A stretch of 63,584 bases of DNA, counting the filler, from Octopus bimaculoides (taxonomy: Eukaryota), in assembly GCF_001194135.2 (NCBI RefSeq). It is 7 parts of 7 records of this genome, joined end to end, with 100 filler letters (N's around TTAATTAATTAA, not from the genome) between each part and the next. Parts side by side here need not be neighbours in the genome. Positions count along the whole stretch, not along the records: positions 51,660 to 55,283 come from NC_068993.1; positions 55,384 to 63,584 come from NW_026321172.1; 5 more parts are not named here. One strand, 5' to 3'. A model generated the notes under the pieces. The model saw nothing but the letters and a program-made list of their open reading frames with translations, searched no databases and was not told the origin of the DNA. Shown here in pieces: positions 53,963-63,584 of this stretch. Every line of letters begins with the position of its first letter. Position 1 is the stretch's first letter. Both the position numbers and the translations under genes were made by a program.

Positions 53963-55063
53963 TAGGGTGCGTAATATATTTGAGGGCAGATTTATGTTTA
54001 TAAAAAAAAAACAGATATATAATAACAGATAATAACTTTAGTTGTTAAAAAATGCTATGAGGATAAAAAATAAACCTTCTTTTCTATAATGCTATTCAAT
54101 AAACCCACTTTCAGCTTCAACAACTGCTTCTATATCAGATCTCAATCATCTACATGCTCGAATCAAATGATCCTGGTTCATTTTGGACATTACTCTGACT
54201 ATGGCAGCTTTCAGAGGATCTTTGGTGTTATGAGAGTGTTCATTGACCTCAACAACGCTCCACATGTAATTGTCCAAATGTTAGGGGCTATGTTATCATG
54301 AAAATTTTCAGCCATCCATTCCTCTTTTACTAGAGCTATGTGTGATAGTGCAGAGTCTTACTGAAACACATATGACCTTCCATTGCATACACTGTCTATC
54401 CAGGGCTTAATAATTGTTTCCAGGTCCTCAGTGTAGGCGGCAGAGTTAACTCTAAGGCTTCCTGGAAAGAAGTAAGGTGGGATCAAGTCCTTCATTGCTC
54501 ACAACCCATAAAACCATGACAGTTGCGGGAAAGTTTGTATGCATAACACTTAGAACTTCAGAAGGGTCTGCACATAACCATCTCTCATTTCTTCTGTTAA
54601 CTTTTTGATCTTGGTCGAAGTTTTTCTCGTATAAGAAAAACCAAATCAAATCTTCTTCTGCTGGGTTTTTCGGTTTGGTTAAGAACCTTTTAGATCTGAT
54701 CTTGTGATTTTTTTTTTGATTTTTTTGCTTTTTATGACAAATCGACCTTTCCTCATCATATAAGACTTATATCTGATGCCTTCGTGGAAAACCTTTCTGA
54801 CTGTTCTTTCTAACACATGGAAATCTATTGCAATTGACCTCATGGGCTTTCTAGGATTGTAATCAATCGTCTGTTGAACTTGCTGAATAAATTCAGGTGG
54901 TCTGATGATTTCATATTGTTTAGAATGCTTTTTATGTTTTGATATTTGTGATATGTTTCCATCTTCAGTCTTTAGCTCCTTACAAACTTTGTAGACGAAA
55001 GATCTGGCAACTTTTAAAAATCGAGATATTTCTAAATCGCTATGTTCAACCTTTATATCTATA
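53963..55063 (-). mobile_element. Decayed Tc1/mariner (maT/DD37D-like) transposon: most of the transposase plus the 3' end
   Basis: EHSDLEISRFLKVARSFVYKV..PEFIQQVQQTID.NP.K.MRSIA..; IWFFLYEKNFDQDQKVNRRNERWL..FPATVMVLWVVSNEG; VF(Q)*DSA..; ..EAENGFIE*. A TA|tagggtg terminus lies at 53961-53969. Confidence 0.92.
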
Positions 55064-55180
55064 ACTAGCAGAAATACCCGGCGTTGCCCGGGTTAAAGAG
55101 AATAATGAAATCTAAAAACGCCGTCTAGACTACGCAACCCTCAACTGTTAGTAGCTACGATACCATATTTCTACATTAAT
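55064..55180 (-). mobile_element. Helitron 3' terminus truncating the transposase 5' end
   Basis: Minus strand aacccgggcaacgccgggtatttctgCTAGt: hairpin plus CTAG|T. The upstream extent is uncertain. Confidence 0.75.
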
Positions 55181-55383
55181 AACTCTCCAATCCATGCCAG
55201 CATGGAACATAGATATTAAGTGGAATGCTAGAAGAAAGTTTTCAACTCATATGTATATAAAGTAAATACACGTAATTCAGAAANNNNNNNNNNNNNNNNN
55301 NNNNNNNNNNNNNNNNNNNNNNNNNNNTTAATTAATTAANNNNNNNNNNNNNNNNNNNNNNNNNNNNNNNNNNNNNNNNNNNN

Positions 55384-55502
55384 CCAGCCAATCTCTGTGA
55401 AACACAGCCAATCTCTGTGAAACACAGCCAGTCTCTGTGAAACACAGCCAATCTCTGTGAAACACAGCCAGTCTCTGTTAAACACAACCAGTCTCTGTTA
55501 AA
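55384..55502. repeat. 20-bp tandem repeat (cagccaRtctctgtgaaaca) x~6
   Basis: Read directly. Confidence 0.92.
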
Positions 55503-55790
55503 GACTTTATACGTGGTCACTCGAATTACTAGAAATAACGGTCAAATCTCCACACAGTTTAATGAGAAACATATAGATGTGTCACGGTTGGAACGCCTTT
55601 GATCANNNNNNNNNNAACATATAGATGTGTCACGGTTGGAACGCCTTTGATCATTAATCGACTCAATCAAGGCTGATTGGCTGCTCAGCAATAAGTACAG
55701 AAATAACTACTACTACTACTTACTGTAAGACGCACGCACGCGCGCACACACACAAACACACACACACAAAGAAAATAAAACATCACTAAC

Positions 55791-55951
55791 CGTTTCTCCA
55801 AACAACTTGCGATGTTGTATTAGAATAACGAATTGCAGGGTAGTGCTTCGTGACATCATGCGGACATTGAAAGGGGCCCTCATTGAGTATCAACCAGCCA
55901 CTGTCCCTGTCACAACCATTGTCGTTCGCTATATAGAAGCGACGCGTAGCT
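55791..55951 (-). CDS. Internal coding exon C of the same gene (R-ATRRFYIANDNGCDRDSGWLILNEGPFQCPHDVTKHYPAIRYSNTTSQVVWRN-G)
   Basis: Acceptor ttttttcaactccgcag|A completes the AG|A Arg codon left by exon B; donor AACG|gttagt. 161 nt, phase 2 in, phase 1 out. Missed by the ORF track because it has no start codon. Contains the RRFYI..GC..DxGWL motif. Confidence 0.9.
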
Positions 55952-56457
55952 CTGCGGAGTTGAAAAAAAAATCTCGTTTAGGTTTCAGAATAAGAAAATA
56001 TAAACATTTATTAAATAGCATTATGTCCGATGTGCACAATCGAATAAATCAGTATTTGATTAAAATAGATATCTGTGTATCATACTTAATATATATACAC
56101 AATGTCGATAGCTAGTTACTATTTCACTACTATGGATTTGTGGTGTTACGAACACAATGAATAACAGAGAGACAGGAAAACTCGTCCCAGCAGCGGCTAG
56201 TGAGAGTAAGAGAGGTAATCTCAGAACAAATATTGCAGTAACTGGCCTATCGTTGCATTACGCTTGATAAATAGATGGTTATACTAGCTTGTGTTAAAAT
56301 CCATAGCATAATCCCCAAAAGGCGTCATAAAATTTCCTTGATTAACGCAAGGGTAACCTGACAACGCTATCTATCTTAAAACACAAGTGCGTGTATACTA
56401 CACACACGCGCACACACACATACATACTCATACGCACGCACACACATACATATCTCT

Positions 56458-56850
56458 CTTGTTGGCACTCCGTCGCTTACGACGTCGAGGGTTCCAGTTG
56501 ATCCAATCAACGGAACAGCCTGCTCGTGAAATTAACGTGCAAGTGGCTGAGCACTCCACAGACACGTGTACCCTTAACGTAGTTCTCGGGTATATTCAGC
56601 GTGACACAGTGTGACACAGTGTGACAAGGCTGACCCTTTGAATTACAGGCACAACAGAAACAGGAAGTAAGAGTGAGAGAAAGTTGTGGTGGAAGAGTAC
56701 AGCAGGGATCGCCACCATCCCCTGCCGGAGCCTCGTGGAGCTTTAGGTGTTTTCGCTCAATAAACACACACAGCACCCGGTCTGGAAATCGAAACTGCGA
56801 TCCTCCGACCGCGAGTCCGCTGCCCTAACCACTGGGCCATTGCGCCTCCA
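56458..56850 (-). mobile_element. Full-length SINE family C in the intron between exons B and C
   Basis: Reverse complement of 15434-15816. Confidence 0.9.
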
Positions 56851-57184
56851 TAACAACCGCATACCAAATCAAATTTAGTCTCTGCTGATATAGGAAAATT
56901 ATAATTAACAAATCGGCAAGGTTGACAAATCTGCCGATAGGTTGGATATATTATATTTCATGATTAGTGAGGGAAGCAGTTTTGGTTCAAATTTATATTC
57001 CGTATATCATAATCAATGAAGATATAATGGTGAAAGCCTAGAAATGCTTTGGGCGTTTCAAGAATATATCGTGAATAAATATAGAGTGTTACGAAACAGA
57101 TATATATATTAGTAGCATACGAAAAGTGCTTTTGGTACAATACGTCTATTCAAAGTGAAACAGAAAAATGCATTTATAACATAC

Positions 57185-57345
57185 CTTCCGTTAATAAGGA
57201 AATATTGTGGGGCAACTGAAGATAAGTCATCCCATGGAGAACTTTTCAAGTTTGCATGAGAGAACCAACTGCTAAGGTTTGTTTTTCGTCCATTAAAAAC
57301 CATAGTCACCACAGCTGTTTGGTTTTTATAAATCACCAGCTTCAC
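57185..57345 (-). CDS. Internal coding exon B of the same gene (VKLVIYKNQTAVVTMVFNGRKTNLSSWFSHANLKSSPWDDLSSVAPQYFLINGR)
   Basis: Acceptor cttacttttcag|GTG and donor GGAAG|gtatgt. 161 nt, phase 0 in, phase 2 out. The VKLxxY..vFNG....SWF...L.SSPWxDL pattern is one I recognise from an unnamed domain of molluscs and other marine invertebrates. Confidence 0.9.
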
Positions 57346-58288
57346 CTGAAAAGTAAGAGTAAATATATAACAGAGACACACACATACAACCCCCAAAACA
57401 AACACACACACACACACAAATAAATTTTATTGGTGGCTGTTAGCCTCATGTCCACTCCACACTTTCTCCCTCTACCACTCTTTCTCCTTACCCCTCGCTG
57501 GTCACATATCTCCAGCCACTATTTCCTTTCGTATCTTGGCTATCGCCAAGCACGCACACGAACATTCTTCGTCCCGCTTCCTTCCAGTTCGCTGCTTCGC
57601 AGCGTTCAGTATACACATATTTTGTCACGTCTGGCCGTAGAGCCTTTTTTTTTTGTTTTTTTTCACTGTTTCGTTTTCCTGTCGTGTTTTCTGTTCGCCA
57701 CTATATTCATCCATGGTACAAATTTAATTTGAGGTCCGTGGGAAGAGCCATTCTAACGAAGCGTCCTGCCCTGGCTCTTCGAAACGCTTAGTTTCAGAAT
57801 GGTGGCAGCTGATGAAGGAAATGTTCTCTATGTGGCCTGTGTGTTTTCTGTACTTTGTTTACCATTTTGTCCGCGTATTTTTGCAACGTCCTGTACCCAG
57901 ATATGCATCTATATATACATGTAGATGTAGGTATGTACATACATGTACGTATATATGCATATACTAATTTATTATTTGTATTATATATATATATATATAT
58001 GACGCAACGTCATATGGGTATAGAATGGTAATAGACACAAACAGATAACACTGGATGTTTGAATTTTATCACTCTTGGTATATGTCCTCAGATTGCACTC
58101 TCCTCAGACAGACACTAACCATTACAGTATGTTGTTTCCAAATTTGTGGCAGAGTGAATTGCATCATAGTGCTGTGTTTCTCACAGACGGTGCCCAACTG
58201 ACCCTCCAATAATGTATAGTCGACAAAATCAAAAACAATGTACGTGCGTGAAATAAAATATAATATGGCGACAATTTACCCATCGCAG

Positions 58289-58344
<56 letters not shown>

Positions 58345-58585
58345 NNNNNNNNNNNNNNNNNNNNNNNNNNNNNNNNNNNNNNNNNNNNNNNNNNNNNNNN
58401 NNNNNNNNNNNNNNNNNNNNNNNNNNNNNNNNNNNNNNNNNNNNNNNNNNNNNNNNNNNNNNNNNNNNNNNNNNNNNNNTTTTTTTCGTACATTCTCCCA
58501 AATATATATATATGCATACATACATCGCTGACCAAACACCATTCAATTTTTTTTCTCCGTGTTTTTCTCCTTGTTTTCTCCGTAT

Positions 58586-58622
58586 TCTTTCTGTTGAAGA
58601 GCGTAGCTCGAAACGTTAAAGA
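58586..58622 (+). ncRNA. Minimal type-I hammerhead-ribozyme-like motif (one core substitution) in a Penelope/retrozyme-like repeat
   Basis: tcttt-CTGtTGA-a-gagc-gta-gctc-GAAA-cg-TT-aaaga: stem I tcttt/aaaga, stem II gagc/gctc, palindromic ACGT stem III; core A6 is replaced by U. Confidence 0.6.
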
Positions 58623-59463
58623 CTTTCTGTATTCCCGAGCGTCAAACTAATACATCCTTTTGTTGTTTACACCACCTGTCCTCGTCTGTTGTTGTTTTTT
58701 TTTCGTACATTCTCCCAAATATATATATATGCATACATACAGTGTACATTTAAACACATAAGAGATGTCCATAATAGGACATCTTACCCGCTAGAAGGGA
58801 AACAGATGGTAAATGTTTTTATTTTTCATTCCTTTTCGAAATTATCCCTAATTGTGGTTTTGGAGTTTGACTGCTCCTTCTAGCGAAGTCCACTTGCCAA
58901 GTTCAATAAAACTTTAACCAGTCATGTCTCATAAACTGATTTCATAGATTTTGTTTCCCATTTACTCCCCAAAAGGAGAGCCTATTGTTTGTGATAAATA
59001 TCCATTTTACTCCGGTTTGCCGTGGAGAAAATTCATCACAACACTGCTTTATGTGCTTGCTATGTAATTCCTTCTTGCATGGCGGCCATCTCACGTGAAC
59101 ACTAGTCAATCTCTATTGATTTTCTATGAAGAAGATGCCTTCAAACGTCATTCCAGGATTGTCTTGCTTGGAATCTGATACTGACGATAGCAAAAGAGTT
59201 TGGAGTGCATACATCGGTCCACGGGAGCTTTTTGAAATGATTGTTGGTGTTTTAACACTTGTTGCCTAAGGCAAGAATTTTCTCCACGGTAAATCGCGGT
59301 GAAGATTGCCGTTTTTTCGGGTAAAAATGTGTCTGAAACATATCTAAACTGATCCAAAATATAATTTATCTTTATTACTATTATTATGATAAAGTGTGTG
59401 TAAAGGAATCTCATTACGTGTATGTGTGTATGTGTTGGAGAGAGAGAGAGGGAGAGAGGGAGG

Positions 59464-59507
<44 letters not shown>

Positions 59508-59539
59508 NNNNNNNNNNAGAGAGAGAGAGAGAGAGAAAG

Positions 59540-59577
<38 letters not shown>

Positions 59578-59582
59578 CATAC

Positions 59583-59761
59583 CTCATCGATTGGAAGCTG
59601 CTTCCAGAAATCAAGGATAGGATGCCGGAAAAAGTTAGGACAGAAGTTATCATTGCATTTGTCCACATTCCAGGTTGAAGGACTTCCTGTATTCATGAAT
59701 GATTCATAGACTTTCGAACCAGCTCCCATTGATATGGCATATGCTTTGATCCATTGACTAT
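59583..59761 (-). CDS. Internal coding exon A of an uncharacterised, probably secreted protein (xSQWIKAYAISMGAGSKVYESFMNTGSPSTWNVDKCNDNFCPNFFRHPILDFWKQLPIDE)
   Basis: Minus strand: acceptor ttatttcag|AT and donor GAG|gtatgt. Length 179 nt = 2+59x3, open frame, ends in phase 0 and joins exon B in frame. Unique, protein-like sequence embedded among repeats. Confidence 0.88.
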
Positions 59762-59825
59762 CTGAAATAACAACAACAACAACAATAATAATAATAATAA
59801 TAATAATAGTAATAATAATAATAAT

Positions 59826-59858
<33 letters not shown>

Positions 59859-59864
59859 TTATCT

Positions 59865-60056
59865 CTTCTACTATTGACACAAGGCCTGAAATTTTGGGGG
59901 AGGGGGTCAGTACGCTACTGGTACTTAATTTATTGAGCCTGAAGGATGAAAGGCAATGTCGATCTCAGCGAAATTTGAACTCAGAACGTAGCGACGGACG
60001 AAATACCACTAAGCATTTCGTCCAGCATGCTAACGATTCTGCCAGCTCGCTGCCAT
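59865..60056 (-). mobile_element. SINE family A copy between (AAT)n runs
   Basis: Homologous to 8965-9170. Confidence 0.82.
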
Positions 60057-60066
60057 TAACAATGAC

Positions 60067-60142
<76 letters not shown>

Positions 60143-60144
<2 letters not shown>

Positions 60145-60370
60145 CAGCAAGAAAAGCCCCTTCATTGCAAATACTGGGCTAAACTAAATGCAAAAGAAAT
60201 AGACAGAGAAAAATCCCAGCAATGGTTGAGAAGCTCAGGACTCAAAGCAGAGACTGAAGGATTTTAATTGCTGCTCAAGACCAAAGCCTCCCCACCAGAA
60301 ATTAACAAAAACATATAATGAAAAGAAACATAACAAGTAACTGCAGAATATGTGGAGATGGAAAAGAAAC
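60143..60370 (+). mobile_element. R4/Dong-like non-LTR retrotransposon C-terminal fragment
   Basis: KLNAKEIDREKSQQWLRSSGLKAETEG(fs)IAAQDQSLPTRN*QKHIM..SNCRICGDGKE: the pre-zinc-knuckle region of RLE-type elements. It starts directly after (AAT)n. Confidence 0.8.
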
Positions 60371-61949
60371 NNNNNNNNNNNNNNNNNNNNNNNNNNNNNN
60401 NNNNNNNNNNNNNNNNNNNNNNNNNNNNNNNNNNNNNNNNNNNNNNNNNNNNNNNNNNNNNNNNNNNNNNNNNNNNNNNNNNNNNNNNNNNNNNNNNNNN
60501 NNNNNNNNNNNNNNNNNNNNNNNNNNNNNNNNNNNNNNNNNNNNNNNNNNNNNNNNNNNNNNNNNNNNNNNNNNNNNNNNNNNNNNNNNNNNNNNNNNNN
60601 NNNNNNNNNNNNNNNNNNNNNNNNNNNNNNNNNNNNNNNNNNNNNNNNNNNNNNNNNNNNNNNNNNNNNNNNNNNNNNNNNNNNNNNNNNNNNNNNNNNN
60701 NNNNNNNNNNNNNNNNNNNNNNNNNNNNNNNNNNNNNNNNNNNNNNNNNNNNNNNNNNNNNNNNNNNNNNNNNNNNNNNNNNNNNNNNNNNNNNNNNNNN
60801 NNNNNNNNNNNNNNNNNNNNNNNNNNNNNNNNNNNNNNNNNNNNNNNNNNNNNNNNNNNNNNNNNNNNNNNNNNNNNNNNNNNNNNNNNNNNNNNNNNNN
60901 NNNNNNNNNNNNNNNNNNNNNNNNNNNNNNNNNNNNNNNNNNNNNNNNNNNNNNNNNNNNNNNNNNNNNNNNNNNNNNNNNNNNNNNNNNNNNNNNNNNN
61001 NNNNNNNNNNNNNNNNNNNNNNNNNNNNNNNNNNNNNNNNNNNNNNNNNNNNNNNNNNNNNNNNNNNNNNNNNNNNNNNNNNNNNNNNNNNNNNNNNAAT
61101 AATAATAATAATAATCTTTTCAACTAAAGGCAAAAGGCCTTTTGAACATGATGAAAAATTGTAACTGTTTGTGGAGACATGACTTGAGAATGATGAAGTA
61201 ACCCTAAACCATAATTACCTTAATGTTACCCTTGTGCAAGTTGTAGTACCGGCTGGTATCTGGCTTGGTTAGGGAACGCTTCCAGAGATGGTGTTTCATT
61301 GAAAATATCGGTGGTTGTATTACCACCATTTCAATATGAGCGAAAATATCAAATACAAAGNNNNNNNNNNCAGCACATACCCAAAGCACAAAGAACTACG
61401 CACGCTATAAGTGAAAGCACGCTATAAAATTAAAACTGCTGAATAATAATAATAATAATAATCTTTTCAACTAAAGGCAAAAGGCCTTTTGAACATGATG
61501 AAAAATTGTAACTGTTTGTGGAGACATGACTTGAGAATGATGAAGTAACCCTAAACCATAATTACCTTAATGTTACCCTTGTGCAAGTTGTAGTACCGGC
61601 TGGTATCTGGCTTGGTTAGGGAACGCTTCCAGAGATGGTGTTTCATTGAAAATATCGGTGGTTGTATTACCACCATTTCAATATGAGCGAAAATATCAAA
61701 TACAAAGGATTTGAAAAACGGTGTGAATGAGTGTGGAACTGATAACTGTGAAAATCTCTCGCCTGGTAAAGTAGACTTGGTCGTCATCTAGCGACTGCGG
61801 TTCGAAAGAAATGAGAGACGACGGAATGCAGCTGTGATGGAATGTTACATCCCAAGACCCGGTCGCCCTCTAGCGTCAGCGGTGGGAAAGTAAGGAGGAA
61901 AGAGGGAATGCAACTGTGATGGAATGTTACGTCCCAAGTGTAACTTGCA

Positions 61950-62110
61950 GATTTGGGTACATTGGACAGAATGAGAAAGCTATGGTTTGAAACGGAATTA
62001 TTTGATGTAACTCGACAGAGACTAAGTGATTAAGAAAGACAGATAAGATTGAAATGCTGGTTAACACAAGTAGAAATCGAAGAAATCAAATATAGAATCT
62101 ATCAGACGGA
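61950..62110 (+). mobile_element. Possible R4/Dong-like ORF N-terminal relic
   Basis: RMRKLWFETELFDVTRQRLSD*ERQIRLKCWLTQVEIEEIKYRI resembles the ..EQRLADQ.R.I....WL...EIEEI.. segment I associate with these elements. Confidence 0.45.
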
Positions 62111-63584
62111 AATTAGCAAGGTAAGACATAGATTTCNNNNNNNNNNNNNNNNNNNNNNNNNNNNNNNNNNNNNNNNNNNNNNNNNNNNNNNNNNNNNNNN
62201 NNNNNNNNNNNNNNNNNNNNNNNNNNNNNNNNNNNNNNNNNNNNNNNNNNNNNNNNNNNNNNNNNNNNNNNNNNNNNNNNNNNNNNNNNNNNNNNNNNNN
62301 NNNNNNNNNNNNNNNNNNNNNNNNNNNNNNNNNNNNNNNNNNNNNNNNNNNNNNNNNNNNNNNNNNNNNNNNNNNNNNNNNNNNNNNNNNNNNNNNNNNN
62401 NNNNNNNNNNNNNNNNNNNNNNNNNNNNNNNNNNNNNNNNNNNNNNNNNNNNNNNNNNNNNNNNNNNNNNNNNNNNNNNNNNNNNNNNNNNNNNNNNNNN
62501 NNNNNNNNNNNNNNNNNNNNNNNNNNNNNNNNNNNNNNNNNNNNNNNNNNNNNNNNNNNNNNNNNNNNNNNNNNNNNNNNNNNNNNNNNNNNNNNNNNNN
62601 NNNNNNNNNNNNNNNNNNNNNNNNNNNNNNNNNNNNNNNNNNNNNNNNNGATGGCTGAAGGTAAGCATAGGTATAACCAGGACCCAAAGATTTGTAGTAA
62701 CCATCATATTCCTGGTCGGAGGTAGCAACCAGAATTGTTGTAAGGGTTAACAGCAGAACTTCCATCGCGGCTGGACGGGTAAAACGAAACTGGAACATTC
62801 TTGGCTCTACGATTGCTAGAAGTAGACAAAAGGGGGAAAGAAATGGCATGAAAGAGAGAAAGCATGGAGTGGGGAAGGATATGAGGAGATTCAGCAATGA
62901 GACAAGAAGAATTTTAATATATAAAGAGAGAACGAGGAAGAGAAAGACAGGAAGAGAAGAAAAAAGTTAGAGACGCAGGTCCTGGGGAAGATTTTAAATT
63001 GCATTCAGTACGGGACCCAGGGTTTTGAAGAGTTTGGTATCACCTCTTAGTCAAGGCTGTTCCCAGGTTACTTTGGCCTGGAGTAGAAGTATTTGTTATG
63101 GCACCATCTATAGGTTAATTAGTAATTCAGTTGAACAGATGGGTCTCATTAGCCTGGTGGTGGTGGTGGTGGTGGTGGTATTGGGGTGGTATTGGGGGTG
63201 GTATTGGGTCTGATTCCAAACCTCCGACACCTTGCAATAATACTAAACCATAGGAAAGTGTTCGGCTGTAAACATTGAGGGAGAATCGGGCATCAAAGAC
63301 CCTGAAGCAGTTCAATGCTGTCTACAACCTCACTCTTGCCACTCCTACGACGACGCTGACAGGAAATTGTAGCACTTTTTGCTGTTTCTTTGGGTCCATC
63401 AATGACGCACTGCATTGGCAACAACCTGTCCTTCACACCACATTGCCCAGGCTTGGGTTAAATCGAACCGGATTAAACCGGACAACACAACAGAGAGGAA
63501 TTACATAAAAACTCAAACAGCATAGGAACAACCCGCGAATGGGGCTTTTGTGACAGATACTGGCAATTGCGCATAGAGCTATTT

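Noticed and set aside
57735-57815. Second hammerhead candidate (gaagagcc..ggctcttcgaaac; ctgatgaagg)
   Set aside because: The CUGANGA and GAAA elements are not arranged around a common stem II; too degenerate to call.
61098-61707. ~245-bp direct duplication (61098-61340 and 61442-61707); likewise 55566-55605 and 55617-55653
   Set aside because: Near-identical copies either side of 10-N gaps, most likely unmerged contig overlaps or haplotypes.

Overview
This is repeat-saturated eukaryotic genomic DNA from a gappy draft assembly. It is most likely Octopus, inferred from the tRNA-derived SINE families, the (TA)n/(CA)n/(TAGA)n/(AAT)n load and the LINE types. Almost all ORFs in the supplied track are microsatellite or N-gap artefacts. 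The one well-supported host gene lies on the minus strand and is visible as three spliced exons (59761-59583, 57345-57185, 55951-55791). They have canonical AG/GT sites and compatible phases, and join into 167 open codons of an uncharacterised, probably secreted Cys/Trp-containing domain; its first and last exons were not found. The rest is mobile-element debris: RTE (one with an internal PHD-like finger), CR1, L1/Tx1, R4/Dong-like, Penelope, maT/DD37D-type and mariner transposases, Helitron pieces, several SINE families and foldback MITEs, plus 51-, 72-, ~37-, 20- and 19-bp tandem arrays. The most notable structures are a foldback element centred on an inverted telomere-repeat palindrome, a minimal hammerhead-ribozyme motif inside an intron, a 65-bp near-perfect hairpin, and a CR1 3' end that shares its tail with a SINE.
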